From an uncultured Planctomycetota bacterium (GTDB lineage Bacteria; Planctomycetota; JAJSAM01; JAKLKS01), in assembly GCA_964370855.1 (NCBI GenBank), contig CAYJMF010000003.1, forward strand, positions 20,272-84,271: a stretch of DNA of 64,000 nucleotides, read 5' to 3'. Positions 17,667 to 27,941 of this stretch are shown in pieces. The translations under genes were made by a program, and so were the position numbers. Within the stretch, counting starts at the first letter, position 1; the number at the start of each line of letters is the position of its first letter. The notes under the pieces are model-generated. The model was not told where the DNA came from, ran no database searches, and worked only from the letters and a program-made list of their open reading frames with translations.

Positions 17667-20318
17667 CTAGGAACAGGCCGGGCCCCCTTCCAACACAACG
17701 ACATAGGCATCCCCCACGTGGGCGTAGCGGTCGGGGACGGAAGTGAGGAGGATGATTTGGCACTTCTTCCCTCCCTCCCGGAGAACCGCTCCCATGGCCC
17801 GCAACCGCTCGGGGTCGGAGAAGCCGAGGACGTCGTCGAGGAGGAGGGGCCCCCCCTCGTCGGACATCAGCATCGCGCAGGCCACGCGGACGATGAGGGA
17901 TACCTGCTCCCTCGTGCCGGTGCTCAGGTCCTGGAAGGGGATCGAGATGTCCCTCCGGGTGACGGCCTTCACCCGGAGGTCCTCCCCCACCTCCACCCTG
18001 AAGGTGTCGTCGAAGAGCACCCTGCCGAGCGACTCGATGCGCTTCTGGAGGGGCGTCATGTAGGCGGCCCGCACCGCATCCCTGCGCCTGCCCATGGTCT
18101 CGAACAGGAGCCTGGCCCCGCCCGCCGCCCGGAGGAGGCCGTCGAGCAGGGTCCGGGCGGCCTCGCCTCGGCGGGTGGCGGCCTCCAACTTCTCGTAGAG
18201 GCCGGCCTCGCCCTGACTGTCCAACCGCCGGCGGACCCGGGCGGCCTCCTCGCGGGCTTCGGCGACCTGTTTCTCGGCCCCCTTCAGGGAGGCCGCGTTG
18301 GCGGCGGCCAGCGTCCGGGCCTTCTCCGGCTGCATCGCCTCCAGGGACTCCCGTTCGGCCGTCAGGTCCCGCGCGGCGGCCGCGGACGCCTCCCGGGCCG
18401 TGGCCTGGGCGCCCTCCAGGGCGGCGTCCGGTGTACTCGCGCGGGCCTCATCGAGGGCCGTGGACGCACGGCGGTGGGCATCCTCGGTGCTCTTTCTGTC
18501 GGCCTCGAGGTCCCCCATCTCCCGTCGCAGTCCGTCCTGACGGTCGCGGGCGCGATCGAACGCCTCCCGCGACCTCTCGGCCAGTGGCACGGCCTCCTCC
18601 AGGAGCCGTCGCGCGACCGCCTGCAGGTCCTTGGCCTCCTCGAAATCCGCCGGCATGGAGGGCGCTCCGGCGGGGCGGGTCCCCGGATAGGCGGGGACAT
18701 GCTTGGACAGCCCGGCGACCTTCGCCTCGAGCCGCTCGAGGGTGAGATCCCTCAGGTCCGCCACCTCGACCTCACCGAGCCTATCGATCGTCCGCTCGGC
18801 CTCCTTGCGCTCCCTGTGGGCCCGGAGGGCCTCCTCGACCCCCGCCGCGCCCGCATAATGGAGCGCCTCCGCCTGGACGGCCAGCGCACCTTCGAGGGCT
18901 CGATGAAGGGAGGCGAGGCTGGTGCCGGGAGACACCTCGATCTCCACCACACCCGGAACGGCGATGCGGACCCTGTCCGGGACGGGGAATTCCAGCCGCG
19001 AGCCCGTCTCGAGGGTCCTCCGCTCTCCCCCGGATTCCAGTTCCACGGCCCCATGGGCCGTGACGCGAAGCGTGGGGGCCCCCGCCCCCAGGCGCGCCCT
19101 CGCCCCGGAGACCTCCTTCTCCGCCTCGACCACGGCCCGGAGCCGGCGGTCGTCCACGAGGTTCCCGTCCAGGACCGCCCGGGCATCCGCCGCCTCGGTA
19201 CGCGCCCGCCGGACGCGCTCCAACCGCTCCCGGAGAGTGGCCAGGTCGAGGAGCCCACGCGCGTGGTCGAGGTCCCCCTGGCGGAGGTCGGCCAGGGCCT
19301 GGGCTTCCTTCCTCCTTCGTTCCGCCGCATCGAACGCCGCCTTGCACTCCCCCAGCGTTCGTTCCACGGCGGCGATTTCGGGCCCCCTTTCCCCGCAGGC
19401 GTCCATCGCACGGGCGACTGCCGCTCCCGTCTCCTCGGCCGCCGCGGCCAGGGCCGCCCGGTCGGAAAAGTCGCGAGCCGCAGCCTCCGCCGACTTCTCC
19501 GCGGACTCGTGCCGAAGGCGGGCCTTCTCCACCAGGTGGGAGGCCGCCTCGACGGCGGCCACTCTCCTCTCGTGCTCCGCCGCTTCCTCCCGGAGTCCGG
19601 CAAGGCGGCGCTCCAGATCGCGGATGCGGCCGGCGAGCCGGGCCGACTCCGCAATGTCCCGATCGAGGTCGGCCAGCTCCCTCCGGCAGTTCCCGGCCTC
19701 GGTCTCGGCGGCGGCGAGCTCCGCCCGGACATCGAGGATGTCCTTCCTCTCCATCCCCTTCTCCGTGAAGTACCTCGCCGCCTCCAGGCGCACCCGTTCG
19801 AAGAGGTCCTCCCCCCCCGGGTCCACCATCGCGCCGCCCGCCGCATGATCGAGAGCCGCGGTCAGAGCGGTCCTATCCCCCAGATCGGCCTGGTCGACTC
19901 CCCCGCCCTGGGTCACGAGGAGGGAGCGCCAGAGTTTCACGTCGATGGTCTCGTCGAGAATGGCCATCGCCCGCTCGTGGGCCTCCCGCCCGGTGAGGTT
20001 CTCCGCACGGGGACGGGTCACGGTGAGGGTCGTCTGGGGCTTCCGGTGGAACCGCTTGGAGTACTTGAAGGCGTACGGTCCGCTCTCGGCCTCCAAATCG
20101 ATCTGCGGCCCCTCGTCCCGGTGGACGGGTCTGATGGCCCGGACCTCCCGGCTGTTGGCCGAGTCGAGATGGTCGAACAGGATCCTCAAGGCCTCGGCGA
20201 GGCTCGACTTGCCGACCTCGTTGGGTCCGGTCACGACGGTGATCCCCTCGCGCCGGAACTGGACCTCGGCCTCGGAGACGCCGCGGTAGTTGCACAGGCG
20301 GATCCGGAGCAGTCTCAT
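17667..20318 (-). CDS. sbcC: SbcC/Rad50-family ATPase
   Basis: N-term MRLLRIRLCNYRGV...GPNEVGKSS (AAA_23 Walker A), long coiled coil, C-terminal signature/Walker B (LLLDDVLGFSD). ATGA coupling with sbcD. Confidence 0.8.
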   Translation of the reverse strand: MRLLRIRLCNYRGVSEAEVQFRREGITVVTGPNEVGKSSLAEALRILFDHLDSANSREVRAIRPVHRDEGPQIDLEAESGPYAFKYSKRFHRKPQTTLTVTRPRAENLTGREAHERAMAILDETIDVKLWRSLLVTQGGGVDQADLGDRTALTAALDHAAGGAMVDPGGEDLFERVRLEAARYFTEKGMERKDILDVRAELAAAETEAGNCRRELADLDRDIAESARLAGRIRDLERRLAGLREEAAEHERRVAAVEAASHLVEKARLRHESAEKSAEAAARDFSDRAALAAAAEETGAAVARAMDACGERGPEIAAVERTLGECKAAFDAAERRRKEAQALADLRQGDLDHARGLLDLATLRERLERVRRARTEAADARAVLDGNLVDDRRLRAVVEAEKEVSGARARLGAGAPTLRVTAHGAVELESGGERRTLETGSRLEFPVPDRVRIAVPGVVEIEVSPGTSLASLHRALEGALAVQAEALHYAGAAGVEEALRAHRERKEAERTIDRLGEVEVADLRDLTLERLEAKVAGLSKHVPAYPGTRPAGAPSMPADFEEAKDLQAVARRLLEEAVPLAERSREAFDRARDRQDGLRREMGDLEADRKSTEDAHRRASTALDEARASTPDAALEGAQATAREASAAAARDLTAERESLEAMQPEKARTLAAANAASLKGAEKQVAEAREEAARVRRRLDSQGEAGLYEKLEAATRRGEAARTLLDGLLRAAGGARLLFETMGRRRDAVRAAYMTPLQKRIESLGRVLFDDTFRVEVGEDLRVKAVTRRDISIPFQDLSTGTREQVSLIVRVACAMLMSDEGGPLLLDDVLGFSDPERLRAMGAVLREGGKKCQIILLTSVPDRYAHVGDAYVVVLEGGPACS

Positions 20319-21448
20319 GGGGCTGTCGATGCCAGGCGGACCAGCAGCGCGAGGGCCTCTCGGGCCTCCGCCGCGCCGCTCCCGCCGGCTTCCGCCGCCG
20401 CACGGAGTTCGTCCAGGGTGTCCTTCGCGAAGCCCGTCAGGCCGAAGGAGTCGAAGTCCCCGTCCTCGGGGACGATGGCGTACTCCTCCTCCCGGAGTTC
20501 CAGGGCGCCCAGGAGGTCCCGGCCGCCGGAGAGGATTCCCCGGAGGCGTGCGTCTCCCCGGAGGGGGAGAGCGCCCCGGAGGCGCAGCTTCACGATGGTC
20601 CTCTCCTTGTCCCGGAGGGCCTCAATCCGTGCCTTCAGGGTGTCCAGATCCGCGTCCGAGGTGAGGGCGACGCCCTCCCACTCCTGGAACCGCCATGTGC
20701 CGGTGGCAACCTCCCGGGTGCTGCATGACTCCCGGTCGAGATCAACCACGAGGGCCATGCCGGAGTGATCCTCGACGTAGTCCGTGGGCTCCGGGGAGCC
20801 GGAGTACCAGATGCGGCGGGAGGTCCCCACCTCGGTCAGGGAGTGCCGGTCGCCGAGGGCGAGGTAGTGGATGAGTCCGCCCGCGATGGCGGCCTCCGCA
20901 TCGGCGAGGGAGATCCGGGCCGGGTCCCCCTCGTCCGGGGAGAGGGCATCGATGGCACCGTGGCCGACGGCGATCCGCAGGACGCCGGGGAGAGGGGGCT
21001 CGAGGCCGCCCACTGCGGCGGCGACGAGGTCCTCCAGGGGGCGCTTCGATGTCCAAGGGGCCCCGACCACCTCGACCCCTTCCAAGACGGCGTGCGGGGC
21101 GGCTCCTTCAAGGAGAATGACGTTGTCCGGCTTGCGGGCCAGGAAGGTGGTGGAACGGAAGACGGTGGCGGCATCGAGGGGGTCGTGGTTGCCGGGAAGA
21201 AGGAGGACGGGGACCGTCACCTCGCGCAGGGCGTCGAGGGCGCGGGAGACTGTCTGGCGGTCCACCTGGTTGGACTCGAAGACGTCACCCGCCACGACCA
21301 TGAACGCGCACGCCTCCTCCGACGCGATCCGGCCGAGGATCCGGATGGCGTCGCACCTCGCCTGGCTGAAGCGCCCCTGTGCCTCCGCGGAGAGGAAGTG
21401 GCGCGTCATCCCGAGTTGCCAGTCGGAAGTGTGGAGAAATCGAAGCAT
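20315..21448 (-). CDS. sbcD: SbcD/Mre11-family metallophosphoesterase nuclease
   Basis: FLHTSDWQLG, GDVFE, GNHD calcineurin-like motifs. Confidence 0.8.
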   Translation of the reverse strand: MLRFLHTSDWQLGMTRHFLSAEAQGRFSQARCDAIRILGRIASEEACAFMVVAGDVFESNQVDRQTVSRALDALREVTVPVLLLPGNHDPLDAATVFRSTTFLARKPDNVILLEGAAPHAVLEGVEVVGAPWTSKRPLEDLVAAAVGGLEPPLPGVLRIAVGHGAIDALSPDEGDPARISLADAEAAIAGGLIHYLALGDRHSLTEVGTSRRIWYSGSPEPTDYVEDHSGMALVVDLDRESCSTREVATGTWRFQEWEGVALTSDADLDTLKARIEALRDKERTIVKLRLRGALPLRGDARLRGILSGGRDLLGALELREEEYAIVPEDGDFDSFGLTGFAKDTLDELRAAAEAGGSGAAEAREALALLVRLASTAP

Positions 21449-21814
21449 CCTTCATCCCGGTGCGGCGAACCCCTGCGACGTTCCCGCGCAAGGCAGTCTA
21501 CCTTGGGAGCTCTCGGGGTTCGAGCAGACATCGGAGACCAAACTGGGACTCGGAACCAAGGGTCGGTCGTCCGTCCGGACGGCGTACCCCAGCCAGCCCG
21601 TCGAGTCCCCTCCGTCGGTGCCGAATTCGATGATGCCGGAGTCGTAGTCGGGGTCCTCGAAGCTCGTCCACCCGGTCTGGCTGCAGAGGTTCGTCGCGTA
21701 GTGGCTACGCCACGGCGCGGAACTGCGCCACTCTCACGGCAGCCCCCCTGCACGCCCCGAGAAGACTACTTCTCAATGGGTGGGGAGTCCCACCCGCCGT
21801 GCCGCCGCCGCCCC

Positions 21815-22291
21815 CTACTCCTGTGCCCGGTACCGCTCCGCGACCCTCTCCGTGTCCGCGAGGCGTCCGGCGACGAGGTTGACCGTGGTCCTGTCCCCGT
21901 CGTCCGTCCACTCCAGGTACCCCTCGTCGACCAGTTCACGGACGTGGTCCTCGGTCGCCTCGTGGACCCACTTCCGGACCAGAGTGAACACCCGGATGGG
22001 CTTCAGTCCGTACCCCTTCCGCCAGAGCTTGTCGAGGATGGCGGCGGCTTCCCTGGAGACGGGCAGCGGTCCGGCCGCCGGCGGGGAGGCGGACGGGGGG
22101 GCGTGCATCCGGGCCGGTGCGGGCAGGAGCCCCATCCGGACCTGCCTCCTCTGCCGGATGGTCTCCACGAACCCCTGGTCGACGTCGGGGAAGCACTCGC
22201 CGGGTGGTTGGTCCATGGCCGCCAGTTCCACGAGAACCTGGAGCGGAGGGAGTCCGATTGTGCGGGCGGCCTCGCGGAGCGGAATCTTCAC
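21815..22291 (-). CDS. small winged-helix-like protein, hypothetical
   Basis: C-terminal 'LDKLWRKGYGLKPIRVFTLVRKWVHEATEDHVRELVDEGYLEW' is protein-like. Possible GTG start coupled to upstream stop. Start uncertain (alt Met at 22135). Confidence 0.35.
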   Translation of the reverse strand: MKIPLREAARTIGLPPLQVLVELAAMDQPPGECFPDVDQGFVETIRQRRQVRMGLLPAPARMHAPPSASPPAAGPLPVSREAAAILDKLWRKGYGLKPIRVFTLVRKWVHEATEDHVRELVDEGYLEWTDDGDRTTVNLVAGRLADTERVAERYRAQE

Positions 22292-23349
22292 TGGAGGGCC
22301 TCCTGTACTTCGACGGGGACCGGCGCGCCGAGGAGGCCCACGCGGCGGTCCTCCCCGAGAGCCGCCTCGAAGATCCGCTCCCGGAGCCCTGTCGTCCTGT
22401 CCCCGTGCCACTCCAGCACGACCAGGCCTTCGTGGTCCTCGACGCCCGGGACCTCCCCCGGGAACGCACAGGAGACCGCCCACAGGATCCCGGTCAGGAC
22501 GCGGCCGCGGGGATCCTCCGCATTCGTCGGCGGCTCTGCAGCGACCTCGGGTGGAACGGGAAGCAGGAGGCGCGTGACGTCCTCTTCTTGGTCGTACCAG
22601 AACGGCGCCTCGACGAGGTCCTCCTGGGCCGGTCCCGGGGGCGCGGCGAGGATCCCGGGGAACCTCCCCTCGATGGCGGCCTCGGCCTCCCGGAGTTGCT
22701 GCTCCAGAAGGGCCCGGAGCCCCGGATGCTGCGCCGTCGAGAGGAACCCCCGGATCTCCCGGCGCCTCTCGTCCGCATCCCGCAGAGTCGAGTCCTCCAG
22801 GAGTGCCAGTTCGTACTCCTCGTGCAGGGCGCGGCGGCGCTCGCCCTCCGTCGCCTCCGTCGCGAACCGGAGAAAGCCTTCATAGGTGGAGGCGACCCAA
22901 GTGGCGGGGGCTCGGCGGCGGGCCTCCCGCAGGCGCGCGAGCGCCTCCTCGCGGGAGCGGACGAGGGACGCCTCCTCGTTGCGGAACCGCTCGAGATCCC
23001 GGTCGAGCCCGTGGAGCCGATCGTGGCCGGAGCGGACCTGCCCGAGCCTCGTCTCGGCCTCCCTCTGGAGGTTCGCCAGGCTCGCGTTCTTCGCCTCCAG
23101 TTCGGACCGGAGGGCGCGGATCCGTTCCTCGATACCGGCGATCTCGGCCCGGACGGAAGCGATGGGCCCGTCCAGCGCTTCCCGCTCGCGCCGGAACCCC
23201 GCGGTCTCCGCCTCGATGCGGGGGCGCTGGGCCTGCCGGGCCGAAGCCTGATCCTGGAGTCGCCGGATCTCCCCATCCACGGCCTCCAGCTTCCTGCGCG
23301 CCGGGGCGACCGCCTCCTCGACGACTCTCCCCAACTCCTGCATGGGCAC
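22288..23349 (-). CDS. coiled-coil protein, hypothetical
   Basis: GTG start. ~200 aa heptad-rich N-terminus, globular C-terminus. Confidence 0.45.
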   Translation of the reverse strand: MPMQELGRVVEEAVAPARRKLEAVDGEIRRLQDQASARQAQRPRIEAETAGFRREREALDGPIASVRAEIAGIEERIRALRSELEAKNASLANLQREAETRLGQVRSGHDRLHGLDRDLERFRNEEASLVRSREEALARLREARRRAPATWVASTYEGFLRFATEATEGERRRALHEEYELALLEDSTLRDADERRREIRGFLSTAQHPGLRALLEQQLREAEAAIEGRFPGILAAPPGPAQEDLVEAPFWYDQEEDVTRLLLPVPPEVAAEPPTNAEDPRGRVLTGILWAVSCAFPGEVPGVEDHEGLVVLEWHGDRTTGLRERIFEAALGEDRRVGLLGAPVPVEVQEALQ

Positions 23350-23550
23350 TCTCCGCTCCGGCAGCGACGACCTGCCGCGTGCAAACTCGACTCACCCGTT
23401 CGACGCGGATCCTACGGGACTCGGCAGAGGTTCCGCATGCCGGAACTGCTGTCCAGACCGGCCTGCAAGGACAGGCGGACAGGGGTGGAAGGCCTCCTGC
23501 CGACGGCGGGGACGCAGCGTCCGCACAAGGTCCTTGATCACCGTGAGCCC

Positions 23551-23970
23551 CTACCGAAGGAACCGGGAGAACCAATCCCATGTCCTCCGCCAATGTCCAC
23601 GCCGCTTAAGATCCCGCCCACTGAAGTACTCTGCCGCACGTCGCCGCTCCTCCGTTCTCCCTGCTGCAATCTCCTCCGGGGACCACTGCTCAGCCCAGAG
23701 GAACTCCCCGTTCCTGATCCAATAGTGCGACCTGCAAGGCAACTGCCAGTTCCCTACAGAGGGGTCCAGGGTCGGCCCCGCACTCGTCACCTCGAGAGTC
23801 CAATCCGTCGGCCCGATAGGGGTCCTGATCTTCGTGCCGCAGCCACAGGGGCAGATGTGGGCGGCGGCACCGAACTCCCCAGCGACGTAGAGGACACCCG
23901 GCTTCAGCTCCTGGGGCATGAGCTGGACGCGCTCTAGCACGATCCGAATCGCTCTACGGGAGCCCGACAA
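23551..23970 (-). CDS. Cys-rich small protein of Ubl/E1 cassette (possible E2-like or Zn-ribbon partner)
   Basis: HICPCGCG...LPCRSHYW. Overlaps E1 gene end by 17 nt. Confidence 0.45.
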   Translation of the reverse strand: MSGSRRAIRIVLERVQLMPQELKPGVLYVAGEFGAAAHICPCGCGTKIRTPIGPTDWTLEVTSAGPTLDPSVGNWQLPCRSHYWIRNGEFLWAEQWSPEEIAAGRTEERRRAAEYFSGRDLKRRGHWRRTWDWFSRFLR

Positions 23971-25138
23971 TCTTCATGTCTCCAATTTCCAGCACCGCGT
24001 GATAGTACTTCGCGTCGTCCCGGTAGAACCCAAGTGCTTGCTTGTACTTCATGACTGCGATCGCAGCGTTCAGGGCGTTGAGTTCGGAAATCTGGATGTT
24101 CTTGTGGTACTCGTCGGCCGGAGTGTCCACGAGGTCGGCCAGTCCCATAGCCTTCACCGCTTGGCCGTCGTCCTTCGAGTAGTACGTTGTGCGGAGCATG
24201 CCGTTCAACGGCCCCCCCCGGCGCTTGAGCCCCATCCCGACGTCGATGAAGGGGATCCCGTTCGCGAGGAGCAGATCAATTACCGAGGCGCGGGCGGAAC
24301 CCTTGTCGACGCAAATGAATGCGAATGTCACTCCCCTCACGTCTTCGGCGCACGAGGCATCGAGGAATTTCGAGACGACGGTCAGGCCGTGTCGGAAGTT
24401 CTCGTAGCGACTTCCATAGACATCTGTCTTGGACCTCCCCAGTTCATCTTCGCCCAGGCGCCCCGGCGATCTGTACGCGTTGTGGACATGGAACCCGTCG
24501 CCATCGAATGCCCGGATCTCCCGTACCGGGGTCTTCACCAGGAAATCGAGAACATAGGCCCCCGTGCCCCCGAGACCAACGACGGCCACGACCTCGTCCT
24601 TGAACCGCGACGTCAGGTCCGTGATGTCGGCCCGGCTCGTTAGCGTGTCATGGAACTTGAACATTGGGTTCAGCACGGCGACCTCCTTTCCGGCCTTGAA
24701 GGTCAGCGGGGAGGCGTCCTTGTACTTGGCCATGGCGGGGCCCGAGACGACTCCAACGTAACTCTCGATCTTGTCGAAGAAGTCAGCGAACTTCCCGGTG
24801 CCGCGGGGCTTGTTGGAGAAGGAGCGACGCACGACCACATCCCTGCAGGCCTCGCTGAGTACGATCCCTGCTCCACCTCCACCGAGGTTGGGAATCGGCT
24901 TCCCGTCTAGGCCGTGCGGCTCGGATCCGGCAAAGAACACCTGGTGGTCCGTCTGGGTGACCCGTTCCTGATCGACGAACTCCAACTTCGCGACGAGGGC
25001 ACCCCACTGCAGGTTTCCCTCCAGGTCCAGATAGGGGATGTCACGCACCACGAGGTGGTTGGAGTCGACGGCTACGGCGTACCCCTTGGTGACAAGCCGG
25101 GCGAGATCGTCGTTACGATTGACCAGTCGCTGAAACAC
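23954..25138 (-). CDS. ThiF/MoeB-family E1-like adenylyltransferase with ~180 aa N-terminal extension
   Basis: Rossmann VVAVVGLGGTGAYVLDFL (GxGxxG) and downstream ThiF-like core. Overlaps Ubl gene end. Confidence 0.7.
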   Translation of the reverse strand: MFQRLVNRNDDLARLVTKGYAVAVDSNHLVVRDIPYLDLEGNLQWGALVAKLEFVDQERVTQTDHQVFFAGSEPHGLDGKPIPNLGGGGAGIVLSEACRDVVVRRSFSNKPRGTGKFADFFDKIESYVGVVSGPAMAKYKDASPLTFKAGKEVAVLNPMFKFHDTLTSRADITDLTSRFKDEVVAVVGLGGTGAYVLDFLVKTPVREIRAFDGDGFHVHNAYRSPGRLGEDELGRSKTDVYGSRYENFRHGLTVVSKFLDASCAEDVRGVTFAFICVDKGSARASVIDLLLANGIPFIDVGMGLKRRGGPLNGMLRTTYYSKDDGQAVKAMGLADLVDTPADEYHKNIQISELNALNAAIAVMKYKQALGFYRDDAKYYHAVLEIGDMKIVGLP

Positions 25139-25364
25139 TGAAGACCATCCCGTCCTTGACCTTCACCAATCCGCCCGGGGCGAGGATGCCCTCGGGCTTG
25201 TTCCCTTGTCCCTTCGTGTACTTGACCGTGTAGGTGACCTCGGGGTGCTGCTCGAAGTCGGGGACCTCAAACCGGACAACATCGGCGTAGGTGATGTCAT
25301 CCTTCGGCCACTCATGCGCCTTGCCCTCCACGTAAATCATGACCAGCTTTTTCGTGTCCGCCAT
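25113..25364 (-). CDS. small beta-grasp/ubiquitin-like protein (83 aa)
   Basis: MADTKKLVMIYVEGKAHEW..., strong AGGAGG RBS. First gene of the minus-strand cassette, immediately upstream of the E1 gene. Confidence 0.45.
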   Translation of the reverse strand: MADTKKLVMIYVEGKAHEWPKDDITYADVVRFEVPDFEQHPEVTYTVKYTKGQGNKPEGILAPGGLVKVKDGMVFSVSATGQS

Positions 25365-25901
25365 TGCCGTGCCTCCTAGCTTGCACGGGGGGCGGTGGCC
25401 CCCCGATATGGACGCGGATGTACTTTCCAACGGATGAACGACGCCAATGCGCCACTCCCTGGGGTGACGGACCCTGGGCCCGCTTCTCCCAGCCCCAGAG
25501 ACAACCAAGATGTCAATCGTACTCCATGGTGAGCATGCGGTCCGGGTGGGACCCGGGCCCGGCTCCCCGAAGCTTCGACCAGTCGACCGGAGCTTCGGCA
25601 CGAGAACCCAGGCCTTGGACTCACGCCTCGCTGCACACCGCTGCGCTTACGTCCCAAGCCCTCCCTGGCCCCGTGTGTTCCCGCCAATCAATCGCCTCCA
25701 ACAAGGAGACATCATGTCCGACTTCAAGAAGCGTCTCTCTATCGCTGCCCATCCGACCAATCGCCCCTCCTAACGCCAATCTCGGGCCAATCAACCCACG
25801 GCTGGGAGGGGGGAGAGCGGAGAGGGGAGCACTCCGGTACTACAATTCTGATAGAGTTTCTACCTCTGTCGGTTGGATGATGCGGAGATAGGAGCACCCC
25901 C

Positions 25902-27797
25902 ATGCCCCCCTTCACCGGCGGCTTCGACCTCACCTGCTGCTGGACCACGGTCCGGGCCCAGCGGCCCGGCCGCTGGACCATCGGCTCCGCCGCGGCCGCC
26001 TGCGAGGAGGCCGCCGCCGGCCCCAGCCTCCACCCGGAGTTCCTCGACCGGGTGCGCCAACGGTTCTGGCACCTCCCCCGCTGGCGGTGGTTCACCGACG
26101 AGGAGGTGGGGCGCCTGTGTTCCTCCCGGGGGCGCGGCCTGTTCGACCTCCTGAGGGAAGACCTTCCCGCGGGCCTCGAGCGCATCTTCTCCGTCCGCGA
26201 GGACCTCCTCATGGCCAGCCTCCTGGCCCGCTTCGCCAACCCGCGCCGCTGCCTCATCCTCTCCTCCCCCGTGGCGGAGTTCTTCGAGCCGGCCTGGGAC
26301 ATCGGTTCCTACATCCGCCTCCTCGAACGCGCCGAGGCCGTCCGCGCCGCCCAGGGGGACCTCCCCACCGTCGCGGCCGTAGGCGAGGCCCTCTACCAGC
26401 TCAACCGGGACCTGCTCGGCCTCCTCGAGCGGGACGGGCTCCACGCCTGCCCCTCCTGCCCCAACATCCCCCTCGTCCGGGACGGGATCCGGGACCTCCT
26501 CGATCGCCACGGGGGAAGCCCCCGCCCCGGCCTGGAACTGGTCCCCCTCGAACTGAAGCGGCGCTTCCCCATGGAGTTCCTGGAGTTCGCCGAGGGGACG
26601 GCGGCCCTCCGGCAGGACCCGGCGACCCTGTTCATGGGCGTCTCCTTCGGTCGGGTGCGCGCCTACTGGAAGGTCGTGCGCGCGGCCCGCGGGAGCCGTG
26701 ACACGGGGATGCTGCTGCTCGGCCCCCCGGGGGCCGGCAAGGAGCCCCTCGCCCGCGCGGCCCACGGCGCCTGCCCCGAGCGCCGGGGCGGAGTCTTCCA
26801 CGCCGTGAGCGGGGCCAACCTCCGGGGGGCCATGGTGGAGAGCGAACTCCTGGGCCACCGCAGGGGGGCCTACACGGGGGCCACTACCGACCGGCCCGGG
26901 GCCTTCCGGCAGGCCCACCGGGGGACGCTCTTCCTCGACGAGGTGGGCGACCTCCCGGCCACGGTGCAGGCGGGGCTGCTCCGGGTCCTGCAGGAGAAGG
27001 CGGTCCGGCCCATGGGGAGCGACCAGAACCCGATTCCCGTGGACGTGCGCGTGGTGGCGGCCACCAACACGAACTTCGCAGAGGCCCTGGCGGCGGGCCG
27101 CTTCCGGAGGGACCTCTACGACCGGCTGGCGCAGGAGGTGGTGGAGGTGCCAGGGCTGCGCCGCCAGGACGTCAACCTCCCGTCGATGCTGGAGACGCTT
27201 CTCGGGCGCATGGCGCAGCAGCCCGGGGGCCTCCCGTACTTCTTCCGGGGCGGCGCCCGGGAGATGCTCCTCGACCGGGAATGGCCGGGAAACGTGCGGG
27301 AACTCATCGCGACCCTCCAGCGGGCGGCCATCCGGTCCCGGTCGGGTGCCCTGGACGAGGCCGTCGTCCAGGATGCCCTGGACTCCAACCTCCCCCACCT
27401 CGTCCCCGTCTCCCCCCCGACGTTCCCCCTGGCCGCCGGTCCGCCGCCGGCTGCCCTCCCGCCAGGCGCCACCGCGGCGGCGGCCAACCCCGACGGTCTG
27501 CCAGGTGACCCGCCGGCGACGCTCAACCCCTCGCCGGACACCGTGCGCCGCTGGTTCCTCGACCACCCCGTCCCCAGGGGGGATACCGGCCACCTCTCCC
27601 GGCTGACGGCATCCTTCAAGCGCAGCGTCGTCCTGGCGCTGGCCCGGGAGGGGAACCACCGGAGGACCCTGGGGGAGATCGCGCGCCTGGTGGGGGCCTC
27701 CCAGGGGGCCCTTACGACCTTCCTCGGGCCCGAGGCGCTCGAGCGCATCGAGGGGCGGGTGTACGTGCGGAGCGACGGCTACCCGCTCCCGGGGTAG
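25902..27797 (+). CDS. sigma54-dependent transcriptional activator (bEBP, NtrC family) with novel N-terminal sensor domain
   Basis: AAA+ core LLLGPPGAGKE, GAFRQAHRGTLFLDEVGDL (GAFTGA-like), R-finger, C-terminal HTH. Confidence 0.8.
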   Translation: MPPFTGGFDLTCCWTTVRAQRPGRWTIGSAAAACEEAAAGPSLHPEFLDRVRQRFWHLPRWRWFTDEEVGRLCSSRGRGLFDLLREDLPAGLERIFSVREDLLMASLLARFANPRRCLILSSPVAEFFEPAWDIGSYIRLLERAEAVRAAQGDLPTVAAVGEALYQLNRDLLGLLERDGLHACPSCPNIPLVRDGIRDLLDRHGGSPRPGLELVPLELKRRFPMEFLEFAEGTAALRQDPATLFMGVSFGRVRAYWKVVRAARGSRDTGMLLLGPPGAGKEPLARAAHGACPERRGGVFHAVSGANLRGAMVESELLGHRRGAYTGATTDRPGAFRQAHRGTLFLDEVGDLPATVQAGLLRVLQEKAVRPMGSDQNPIPVDVRVVAATNTNFAEALAAGRFRRDLYDRLAQEVVEVPGLRRQDVNLPSMLETLLGRMAQQPGGLPYFFRGGAREMLLDREWPGNVRELIATLQRAAIRSRSGALDEAVVQDALDSNLPHLVPVSPPTFPLAAGPPPAALPPGATAAAANPDGLPGDPPATLNPSPDTVRRWFLDHPVPRGDTGHLSRLTASFKRSVVLALAREGNHRRTLGEIARLVGASQGALTTFLGPEALERIEGRVYVRSDGYPLPG

Positions 27798-27941
27798 CGG
27801 CGGGCGCGCGGGTTCAACATCCAGTTGATGGCGTTGCGGATCCCCCTGGCCCGGGGGCCGGTGACGCGCCTGGCACGGGGTATGTTCGAAAGTTGTGGTC
27901 TGAGTCTGGGAAGAAAGGCGGCGTATCCTCTCGGTTGATCG

